The notes under the pieces were generated by a model. The model was not told where the DNA came from, made no database searches, and saw only the letters and a program-made list of their open reading frames with translations. A stretch of 64,000 bases of DNA, from assembly GCA_031362415.1 (NCBI GenBank), contig JANLSK010000006.1, forward strand, positions 21,868 to 85,867, written 5' to 3'. This DNA is from Actinomycetes bacterium. Its GTDB lineage: Bacteria > Actinomycetota > Acidimicrobiia > IMCC26256 > VFJJ01. Each line of letters starts with the position of its first letter. Position 1 is the stretch's first letter. The translations under genes and the position numbers were made by a program. Shown here piece after piece: positions 1-7,041 of the stretch.

Positions 1-332
1 ACGGCCGGATCGGTGGTGAGGTAGCCGAGGTGGTGGGGCCCGCCGCCGTGCTCGGCAAGGAAACCAGCGTGATGCGACGGGCCCGACAGCGGCTGGATGA
101 GCTCGATCTGAACGTCACCGCAATAGCCGAACGCCAGGTGCCAGGCGACCTCGACCGAACCCGTCGGCATCTGGAGCGTCGTCGGCATGTCGTTCATGAC
201 CAGCCAGCGGGGTACGCCGAGTTGCTCGGTGAAGCTTGCGCGTGCCGCCTCGATGTCGGCGACGACGAAGGCCTGTTGGAACAGACCCGGCCACAGATGG
301 GCGATGGCTGCGGAGGTGCTCGTCCCGCTCAT
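1..332 (-). CDS. VOC/glyoxalase-family protein, N-terminal part only (gene runs off the left edge)
   Basis: Hand translation of the minus strand from ATG 332..330 gives MSGTSTSAAIAHLWPGLFQQAFVVADIEAARASFTEQLGVPRWLVMNDMPTTLQMPTGSVEVAWHLAFGYCGDVQIELIQPLSGPSHHAGFLAEHGGGPHHLGYL... The frame stays open to position 1. It is absent from the ORF track because there is no stop inside the window. Confidence 0.55.
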   Translation of the reverse strand, partial: MSGTSTSAAIAHLWPGLFQQAFVVADIEAARASFTEQLGVPRWLVMNDMPTTLQMPTGSVEVAWHLAFGYCGDVQIELIQPLSGPSHHAGFLAEHGGGPHHLGYLTTDPA

Positions 333-379
333 GACGTCATCCTCGCCTCCAGGGCGCCCGGTGTGCCATTGTCGGGGCC

Positions 380-1036
380 ATGGACGTCTTCGAAGCGCTC
401 TACACGACCCGAGCCATGCGCCGGGTGAAGCCCGATCCGATTCCCGTCGAGGTGCAGCAGAAGATCCTCGACGCCGCGATCCGTGCCCCCTCGGGCGGGA
501 ATCAACAGAACTGGCGCTTCATGCTGGTCGACGACCCGGCGGTGAAGGCCGGGCTCGGCCCGATCTACCGGGAGTGCCTCGGCACCTTGTGGACCACATT
601 TTACAAGCCCCGAGCCGATGCGGCGGCTGCCGATCCCGAGCATCCCGACAGCGTCTCGTTCGAGACGATGCGACGTTCGGCCCAGTATCTCGCCGACAAC
701 TTCGAGACCTACCCGTTGCTGTTGCTGGGTTTCGCGCAGCACGACTCGAGCGGCGGCTCGATCTACCCGGCGATCTGGTCGGCCCAACTCGCGGCCCGGG
801 CCGAGGGCGTCGGCTCGGCCCTCACGTCGGTGATGCTCTTCCAAGCCGAGGCGGCGCTGGCCGTGCTCGGGGTACCCGCCGACCAGGGTTGGAACATGGC
901 CTGCTGTGTCACGTTCGGCTACCCCACCGGGACATGGGGCGTCGCACCCCGCCGTCCCGTGCATGAGGTGTCGTACCGCAACCAGTGGGGCACCCCCCTC
1001 CCCTGGGAGATCAACCAACCCCTCTGGAGCACCTGA
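380..1036 (+). CDS. nitroreductase family protein
   Basis: 218-aa ORF. RAMRRVKPDPIP..ILDAAIRAPSGGNQQNWRFMLV is the classic nitroreductase N-terminal signature. Confidence 0.85.
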   Translation: MDVFEALYTTRAMRRVKPDPIPVEVQQKILDAAIRAPSGGNQQNWRFMLVDDPAVKAGLGPIYRECLGTLWTTFYKPRADAAAADPEHPDSVSFETMRRSAQYLADNFETYPLLLLGFAQHDSSGGSIYPAIWSAQLAARAEGVGSALTSVMLFQAEAALAVLGVPADQGWNMACCVTFGYPTGTWGVAPRRPVHEVSYRNQWGTPLPWEINQPLWST

Positions 1037-2224
1037 ACCACCGGGCTCGGCCCAGGCGTATCGATCGGCAAAGACGGCTCCAGCGCTCCGTCGAGGGAAC
1101 CGTTGGCTCGCAACCGCGTCACCTCGGCCTGCAGCTCCTGGTTCTCGTTGCTGAGAGCGTCAACCGTTGCCGCGAGATCCTCGAGCTCGGCGATGCGTTC
1201 GCGCGCCGCCAGCAACTCTGGGTAGAGCTGAGATACCTGGATCCGTCGCTCGCGGACCTCTTCGACAATGACCTGATGCGGCTCCAACGCGAAGTACCGA
1301 CCGCCTGTGCGCATCGCAGCCTGTTCGCGCTCGTCCTCACGATCGAGACGACGAGCCAGGTGCCCCGACTCGAGCGCCCCCTTGTCGGGGCGGGCGACGT
1401 AAAAAGCGAACAGGTTCGAGTCATGATGATCCAATGAATATACCAGGTCGGCGGCCACGACATGATCGACCCACTTTTGCCGAGTTTCTGCTTCCGCGGC
1501 AACGAGGCGGTCGTTGAAGTTGAGGATCGGGTAGGCGAGCGCGCATCCGAGATGTGCCAGCTTATCGATGGAGAAGAAACGCTCCAATGACTCTAGGATG
1601 AGTTCGGAGTGCACTGATTCGGTGGGGTCGGCAGTAATCATATCTGAAAGCGACAGATACTCGAGGATCTGGCGAACCGATTCCGGAAGTTGCTCATTGA
1701 GACGGTGCGCTGCCTCCCAGTCGCGCCAGGGATACTGGTTTCAATGGGGGCCCACGTAGTCGTACCCTACGAACCAGCCATCGACGGGAAGTATCTCGCA
1801 GATCGCAGCAAAGAGCCGCTCGACATGCGTGATGTGATGTGCCGCAGCCACGTTGACCACGACGTCAAATCCTTCCTCAGGAAGGACCGCGCGGTTCGTG
1901 TCACACGAGTAGTAGCGATAGCCCAGTCCGGCCTCGGAAGCCCCGACCCGCGCGGCTTCGAGATGCCCTGCCGAGATGTCGATGCCTACGGCATCGAGGA
2001 ACAACCCCTCGAACCCCAAGCTCGCGCTCTACCCATCCGTTTCCACAATTGAGAATCAGGGCCTTCTCAAACGGCACCGGACCGCGTAAATCAACGAGAT
2101 GCTGCTGCCAGTCGACGCATTCATCGCCAGACACGCGACGGTTGAGCTCAGGCTGGGCTTCGGGAATTCGAGTCAGATAGCGACCCCAGTACTGGTCTTC
2201 GTAGTAGTCCCGCTCCATCGTCAT
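919..2224 (-). pseudogene. class I SAM-dependent methyltransferase with coiled-coil C-terminus, disrupted by one frameshift and one in-frame TGA
   Basis: Three track ORFs (1901..2224, 1741..2019, 919..1641) join into one protein: ...ALILNCGNGWVERELG / FEGLFLDAVGIDISAGHLE...VGYDYVGPH * NQYPWRDWEAAHRLNEQLPESVR...MITADPTESVH... The frame changes inside a C4/G4 run at about 2014..2017. TGA 1743..1741 is in the same frame as the 919..1641 ORF. Confidence 0.6.
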
Positions 2225-2359
2225 GGTCTACTCGAACCGGACTGGGTCGAGATCGATGCGCGAGCGTCAACGCCCCAGCCACTCGCGCTGGTCAGCGACT
2301 CAGGCAAGGGGCCTGAGAAGATCATCCACCAGATCGCGGCTTCCCAGCGGGTCTCGGTT

Positions 2360-2418
2360 CCCCCGTTCTTTGCGTCCACCTCCGCGCCGGGCGCGGACCT
2401 AGACGCAAAGAACGGGGG
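2360..2418 (-). terminator. long perfect hairpin immediately downstream of the SDR gene (candidate intrinsic terminator without U-tract)
   Basis: cccccgttctttgcgtc (2360..2376) pairs perfectly (17 bp) with gacgcaaagaacggggg (2402..2418). There is an inner GC-rich stem, tccgcgcc/ggcgcgga. It starts 8 nt after the stop at 2426. No T-run follows on the transcribed strand. Confidence 0.45.
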
Positions 2419-2425
2419 TTGTGGG

Positions 2426-3223
2426 TCACTCGGTGAGGTTCCGGGGACGCGAGCGGGAGAGGTGGGCGCCGGCGTCGGCCAGGATGAGCTGACCGGTGAT
2501 GCAGCGGGCCAGGTCGGAGCAGAGGAACACCGACAGGCGGGCCAGCTCGTCGTGCTCGACCATTCGTCGCAAGGGTGTGCTGGCAACGATGTTGGCAACG
2601 TGCTCGTCGGTGAACACCGGCCGGACGGTCTCGGTGAGCGTGGTGCCCGGCGCGATGGCGTTGACCCTGATGCCGTGCGGGCCCCACTCGACGGCCATCG
2701 TCCACGTGAGGTGGTTCACGGCGTGTTTCGCCGCTGCGTACGGCTCGAGTCCAGGGGATGGACGTGTTGTCTCACCTGATGAGACATTGAGAATGACACC
2801 CCCGCGACCCTGCTCGATCATCACCCGGGCCCCGGCAATGGCGCACAACATCGTGGTGAGCACGTTCTGGTCGAGGAGATCGCGGATGTGTGCGGCGTCG
2901 ACACCCAGCAGGGGCACAGCCGAGCGCCCCGCGTGCATGCCCACGTTGTTCACGAGGATGTCGAGCCCGCCGAGCTCGTCGACGACGCCGGCCACGAGCG
3001 ACGCCACCTCCGACTCGTCGCGCACGTTGGCCGGAGCGACGATGGCCCGGAAACCCTCGGCGGTGATCTCGTCGACGACCGCTCGGGCCGGTTCGGCACG
3101 GATGTCGTTGACGGCAACGGCCGCACCGGCTCGGGCGAGCCAGAGGGCGATCTCGCGGCCGATCCCCGCGCCGGCCCCGGTGACGATCGCGGTCTTGCCC
3201 TGCAGGTCGATCTCGATGGTCAT
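2426..3223 (-). CDS. SDR family oxidoreductase
   Basis: 265 aa. Contains TGAGAGIG Rossmann motif, NNVG, and the Y-AAK catalytic motif (YAAAKHAV). Confidence 0.9.
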   Translation of the reverse strand: MTIEIDLQGKTAIVTGAGAGIGREIALWLARAGAAVAVNDIRAEPARAVVDEITAEGFRAIVAPANVRDESEVASLVAGVVDELGGLDILVNNVGMHAGRSAVPLLGVDAAHIRDLLDQNVLTTMLCAIAGARVMIEQGRGGVILNVSSGETTRPSPGLEPYAAAKHAVNHLTWTMAVEWGPHGIRVNAIAPGTTLTETVRPVFTDEHVANIVASTPLRRMVEHDELARLSVFLCSDLARCITGQLILADAGAHLSRSRPRNLTE

Positions 3224-3266
3224 CGCTGTGGAATCCCCTCGGCCGGTCTCCCGCGTGCCGACGACA

Positions 3267-4208
3267 TCACGGCTCCAGCACCACCTTGATGGCCCCCGAC
3301 GCTCGATCGGCGGCCACCCGGAACGCCTCGGACGCGTCGTCGAGCCCGAAGCGGTGCGTCACGATGGCCTGGGCGATCTCGGGCTGCTCGGCCAGCATGA
3401 TCGCGGCGTTGTCGAAATCGCGCCCACCGGCGTGGCGGCAGTACGCCATCGACTGGAGGATCGTGAGCTCCTTGATCAACGAGGTCGCTCCCGGCAGGGG
3501 CACCATGTCGAAATAGACGCCGAGGAGCACGAGACGCGCCCCCGGACGGGCCAGGTCGCAGCACGCGGCAACGGCCGAGGCCGAGCCCGCGGCGTCGACG
3601 ACCACGTCGTACTCACCGGTCGCGGCCCGTCCCACGCCGATTTTCTCGGCCGCCGCGAGCTGCACCGGATGCCGGGCAACCAGGTCGACCTCGCAGCCGA
3701 GGCGCTTCGCCGCCGCCGCGGCAAGCAGGCCGATCGACCCTCCGCCCACGATCGCCACGCGCTCGCCTCCCTGGGTTGCCGCTCGCCGGATGCCGTGCAG
3801 GGCAACGGATGCCGGTTCGCACAACGCGGCGTTGGCCACAGGAAGTGCCCGGGGCAACGGTACGAGGCAGTAGGGGTCGACCACGATCTCGTCGGCGAGG
3901 CCGCCGTCCCAGAAGATCCCGTAGTTCGTGAAGTTGCGGCAGCGGTTCGAGACTCCGAGCCGGCACTGGTCGCACGTGCGACACGGGGCGATGGGCTCGA
4001 TGGCGACGGGTGTCCCGTCGGCCAGCTCACCGCCGAACTCGTGCCCAAGCGTGTAATCGGCCGGCCCCATGGCCAGCATGTTGAGGTCGGTCCCACAGAT
4101 ACCGGTGCTGCGGATTCGTATCCTGACGCCATCGCTCCCGGGCGCAGGCTCGGGTGTCGGAACCTGTACGACCCTGACCCCCTCGAGGGTGTTGCGTACC
4201 GCTCTCAT
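3267..4208 (-). CDS. zinc-dependent alcohol dehydrogenase (MDR superfamily)
   Basis: 313 aa. Contains GICGTDLNM..GHEFGG, a structural-Zn Cys cluster CRTCDQCRLGVSNRC, and GGGSIGLLAA NAD-binding motif. A GGAGAAGGAAGG SD lies upstream. Confidence 0.9.
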   Translation of the reverse strand: MRAVRNTLEGVRVVQVPTPEPAPGSDGVRIRIRSTGICGTDLNMLAMGPADYTLGHEFGGELADGTPVAIEPIAPCRTCDQCRLGVSNRCRNFTNYGIFWDGGLADEIVVDPYCLVPLPRALPVANAALCEPASVALHGIRRAATQGGERVAIVGGGSIGLLAAAAAKRLGCEVDLVARHPVQLAAAEKIGVGRAATGEYDVVVDAAGSASAVAACCDLARPGARLVLLGVYFDMVPLPGATSLIKELTILQSMAYCRHAGGRDFDNAAIMLAEQPEIAQAIVTHRFGLDDASEAFRVAADRASGAIKVVLEP

Positions 4209-4226
4209 GGATTCCTTCCTTCTCCG

Positions 4227-4784
4227 CTACGTGGTCAGGAGCTCCAGCACCCGGTCGACGATGGCGTCGGCCCGAGCGAGGAGCAGGTCTTCGGCGGTGC
4301 CGCCCAACGGGTGCTCCATGACGGCGGTCCGGGCCCGGGGCAGGCCGAAGCTCCTGGCGACGGTCCGGGTGAGGGTCTCGAACTGGGTCGTCGTGACCAC
4401 CACGGTCGGGATCCCGCTGCATTCCAGCTCGACGAGGTCGTGGACACTCCACGACGTGCACGAGCCTCAATCGGCTGAACCGGTGAGCACGAGATCGGCA
4501 CTGGCTCGCACCGCGGCGAGCTCGCTGGGCTCGGATGGTGTCGCGGCGCCACCCCGCTTGGCCACGGTGACGCCCACGACGGCTCCCGTCCTCTCGGCGA
4601 GACGGCCGGCGATGTGCTCCATGACCAGGCGGGCGTTGGGCTTGCCATTGTCGAGCACGACGATGCGGCGGCCGGTGAGCACGGCGGGCGCGGCGGTCAA
4701 CACCGCGGGCGGGGTGCCGACGTCACCTTCGGGTGAAAGAATGCGAACCACGGGAACTCCTTTGTCCACAAGTGCTTTCGGCAC
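4227..4784 (-). CDS. UGSC-family selenoprotein (in-frame TGA at 4469..4467 read as Sec, codon 106 of 185)
   Basis: Track ORF 4467..4784 stops at a TGA, but the frame continues 79 more codons to TAG 4229..4227. The junction reads LVLTGSAD-U-GSCTSWSVHDLVELECSGIPTVVVTTTQFETLTRTVARSFGLPRARTAVMEHPLGGTAEDLLLARADAIVDRVLELLTT. The U-G-S-C motif and a SECIS-like hairpin 11 nt downstream support recoding. Confidence 0.8.
4437..4455 (-). promoter_or_regulatory. candidate bacterial SECIS hairpin for the UGSC gene
   Basis: mRNA sequence is UGA-GGCUCGUGCAC-GUCGUGGA-GUG-UCCACGAC. This is a perfect 8-bp stem with G/U in the apical loop, starting 12 nt after the UGA. Confidence 0.55.
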
Positions 4785-4802
4785 GCGACGGTCGATGGTG
4801 GG

Positions 4803-5861
4803 TCAGGGTTCGAGGGCGAGCGTGACCGACCGGGTGACACCCCACGACGGGATCACACACGAGTGCTTGCCCGCACCTCCGGCGACGAAGACCTTGACGT
4901 TGTCGGGGCTGTCGGTCATGGGCAGGAGGTGGTCGTCGGCCACGGCGTGCATCCACGGTCGCCACCGCCGGTTGGCGAACGCCTCCCTGAACATCGCCGC
5001 CGGCAGGCGGGCCCGCTCGTACAGGTAGGCCGACACGTCGGCCCGGGCCCATCCGGCCCCGGCGATGGTGGCCGCATGCTCGGGACACAGGGCCACGAAG
5101 AACTCGCCCTCGGAGATGCAGGCGTTGTTCATACCCAATGACGACATGGCCGATGCGGCCTTGTCAAGGATGCGGGCCGGCTCGTCGGATTCCATGTCGT
5201 GGAAGTTGTGCGGGTTCTCGCCGCAATGGACGGTGACGGCCGACTCGGCATCGACGCCGACGCTGCGCTGATAGCCGCCCCAGGGTGAGGAAACGACGTT
5301 CTCCCCCACGCAGAACGTGTATTTCGACGGCTGACCCTGGGTGGAGGCGTCGCCGGGACCAGGCGTGGCGCCGGCGACATGGAGCAACACCAACCGGACC
5401 GCCCGGCCCACCGTGGCGTTGGCCCGGTTGCCGGGACCGAACGCGCCGAGGCCGCCGTTGAAACCCAGCTCGTCAACCGCCCGACCGTGCACGATCGTCA
5501 ACACCGACACGGGATGCGTGGTGGCGTTGACTCCCCGCAGGTTCACCTGAGGCTGACCCAGCGCCCGGATGGCCGTCACCACCACGGGCATCCACTCGGG
5601 CCGGCATCCGGCGAGCACGGCGTTCACCGCTATGGCCCGGCGAGTGGCCTTGCCGAAGCGGGGCGCCAACACGGCGACGACCTCGTCGGGATCACGGTCG
5701 CCCGTCGCCGCGAGCATGGCGGCGACCCGGTCCTCGGTGGGCGCGACGAGCGGGAGACCGTCGCCCCATCCCCGGGCCTCGAACGCCGCGTACAAAGCCT
5801 CGGGACTCTCGATCGGGATGTCGAGGAACGCCATGTCGGGCATCTGATCGTCGGGGGCCAC
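4803..5861 (-). CDS. conserved protein of unknown function (GWGDGLP motif), directly upstream of the UGSC gene
   Basis: 352-aa ORF with non-repetitive, globular-looking sequence (ARGWGDGLPLVAPTEDRV..., NATTHPVS, VHCGENPHNFHD). Its stop is 18 nt before the UGSC start. The start could be any of M1, M7 or M10. Confidence 0.7.
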   Translation of the reverse strand: MAPDDQMPDMAFLDIPIESPEALYAAFEARGWGDGLPLVAPTEDRVAAMLAATGDRDPDEVVAVLAPRFGKATRRAIAVNAVLAGCRPEWMPVVVTAIRALGQPQVNLRGVNATTHPVSVLTIVHGRAVDELGFNGGLGAFGPGNRANATVGRAVRLVLLHVAGATPGPGDASTQGQPSKYTFCVGENVVSSPWGGYQRSVGVDAESAVTVHCGENPHNFHDMESDEPARILDKAASAMSSLGMNNACISEGEFFVALCPEHAATIAGAGWARADVSAYLYERARLPAAMFREAFANRRWRPWMHAVADDHLLPMTDSPDNVKVFVAGGAGKHSCVIPSWGVTRSVTLALEP

Positions 5862-5957
5862 GGCCGAGTCTCACGCCTGCCCGTCCCCGCCGGCAACACT
5901 CGGGTTCGGGTGTGGGGCATGCTTGCGCCCGTTCGAGCCCGTCAAGCTGGCAGACGG

Positions 5958-6016
5958 GTCACCTGAGTCACCTGAGTCACCTGGTTCACCGGGTCACCGG
6001 GGTCAAGTGGGTTCAC
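5958..6016. repeat. about 9-bp phased array of (G/T)TCAC(C) motifs, 7 copies, in the divergent intergenic region upstream of the quinone oxidoreductase gene
   Basis: Units are gtcacctga gtcacctga gtcacctgg ttcaccggg tcaccgggg tcaagtggg ttcaca. TCA(C/A) starts at 5959, 5968, 5977, 5986, 5994, 6003 and 6013. The array ends 4 nt before SD aaggag (6021..6026) and ATG 6031. Confidence 0.8.
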
Positions 6017-6030
6017 AGCGAAGGAGCGGC

Positions 6031-6984
6031 ATGCCGGGCACACGTGGGGTCGGGGTCGTGGAGTTCGGCGGACCGGAGGTGCTGCGCCTCGTCAACCTCG
6101 ATGAGGTCCACGCCGGACCCGGGCAGGTGCGCCTCCGGGTGCATGCCGCTGCGGTGAGCCCCACCGACACCCACCACCGGGCCGGATCACGAGCCGCAGC
6201 CCTGGCCAAGGATCCGCCGCCCTACATCCCGGGGATGGACGCGGCCGGGGTCATCGACGAGATCGGCGACGGCGTCACGGTGGGCGGCCTTTCTGTGGGC
6301 GACGCCGTCATGGCGATGGTCATCCCCAGGGGAAGCCACGGCGCCTACCGCGAGAGCCTGGTGCTGTCGGCCGACGCCGTGGCCCGGGCCCCCGTCGGTT
6401 CGACCCACGCCGAGGCCTCGACCCTGCCCATGAACGGGCTCACGGCCCGGCTGTCGCTCGATCAGCTCGCGCTGCAACCGGGCCAGACGCTCGCCGTGAC
6501 CGGCGCCGCCGGCTGCTACGGCGGCAACGTCGTCCAGCTCGCCAAGGCCGACGGGTTGCGCGTGGTCGCCGACGCGTCGGCGGCCGACGAGGCGCTCGTG
6601 CGCAGCCTGGGCGGCGACATCGTGGTGAGGCGGGGCAACGACGTCGCGGCGAACGTCCTCGCCGTGTGTCCGGGCGGCGTCGACGGTCTGGCCGACGGGT
6701 CGGTGCAGAACGAGCTCGTGGTCGCGGCCATTCGCGATGGCGGGGGGTACGCCTCGGTGCGGGGCTGGCCGGGGACGGGCGAGCGGGGCATCTCGTTCCA
6801 CGTCACCTGGGTGCGCGAGTACGACCGCCGGGCCGATCTGCTCGACGCCCTGGCCCGCCAGGTCGAGACGGGAGCGCTGACACTGCGCGTCGCCGCCGTG
6901 ATCGACGCCTCGGTCGCATCGGAGGCCCATCGCCGCCTCGAAGCCGGGGGATCCCGCGGCCGCTTCGTCATCGCCTTCCCCTGA
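6031..6984 (+). CDS. NADPH:quinone oxidoreductase-like zinc-binding dehydrogenase (MDR)
   Basis: MPGTRGVGVVEFGGPEVLRL... has the typical QOR N-terminus. Also contains AVTGAAGCYGG and a GSRGRFV tail. I prefer ATG 6031 (SD aaggag 5 nt upstream) over the track start at 5923, which would translate the repeat array. Confidence 0.85.
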   Translation: MPGTRGVGVVEFGGPEVLRLVNLDEVHAGPGQVRLRVHAAAVSPTDTHHRAGSRAAALAKDPPPYIPGMDAAGVIDEIGDGVTVGGLSVGDAVMAMVIPRGSHGAYRESLVLSADAVARAPVGSTHAEASTLPMNGLTARLSLDQLALQPGQTLAVTGAAGCYGGNVVQLAKADGLRVVADASAADEALVRSLGGDIVVRRGNDVAANVLAVCPGGVDGLADGSVQNELVVAAIRDGGGYASVRGWPGTGERGISFHVTWVREYDRRADLLDALARQVETGALTLRVAAVIDASVASEAHRRLEAGGSRGRFVIAFP

Positions 6985-6996
6985 CCCACTCCCGGT

Positions 6997-7036
6997 CCTG
7001 GCCTGGTCTGGTCTGGCCCGGCCTGGCCTGGCCAGG
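6997..7036. repeat. pentanucleotide array (YCYGG/CCWGG) x8 in a convergent intergenic region
   Basis: Units are cctgg cctgg tctgg tctgg cccgg cctgg cctgg ccagg. The last 10 nt, cctggccagg (7027..7036), are palindromic. The array lies between stops at 6984 (+) and 7042 (-). Confidence 0.8.
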
Positions 7037-7041
7037 AGGCG

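Noticed and set aside
1741-1743. The in-frame TGA inside the methyltransferase gene as a third selenocysteine codon
   Set aside because: It is not in a Cys/redox motif. It aligns where I expect Arg (GP.RFQ), so CGA-to-TGA is the simpler explanation. The same gene also carries a frameshift. I see no hairpin in the 40 nt downstream.
2496-4478. Very long ORFs antisense to recognised genes. Examples are 2496..4478 (+), 8925..10214 (+), 31534..33222 (-), 36976..38478 (+), 39462..41756 (-), 43890..45029 (-), 52210..53937 (-) and 55859..56878 (-)
   Set aside because: These are typical high-GC shadow ORFs. Their translations are Arg/Pro/Gly/His-rich with no motifs, and each is fully covered by an opposite-strand gene with clear family signatures.
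5958-6016. The short tandem arrays (5958, 6997, 31582, 47737) as CRISPR-like arrays
   Set aside because: The units are 5-9 bp with no spacers. No cas genes are present. These are simple tandem repeats.
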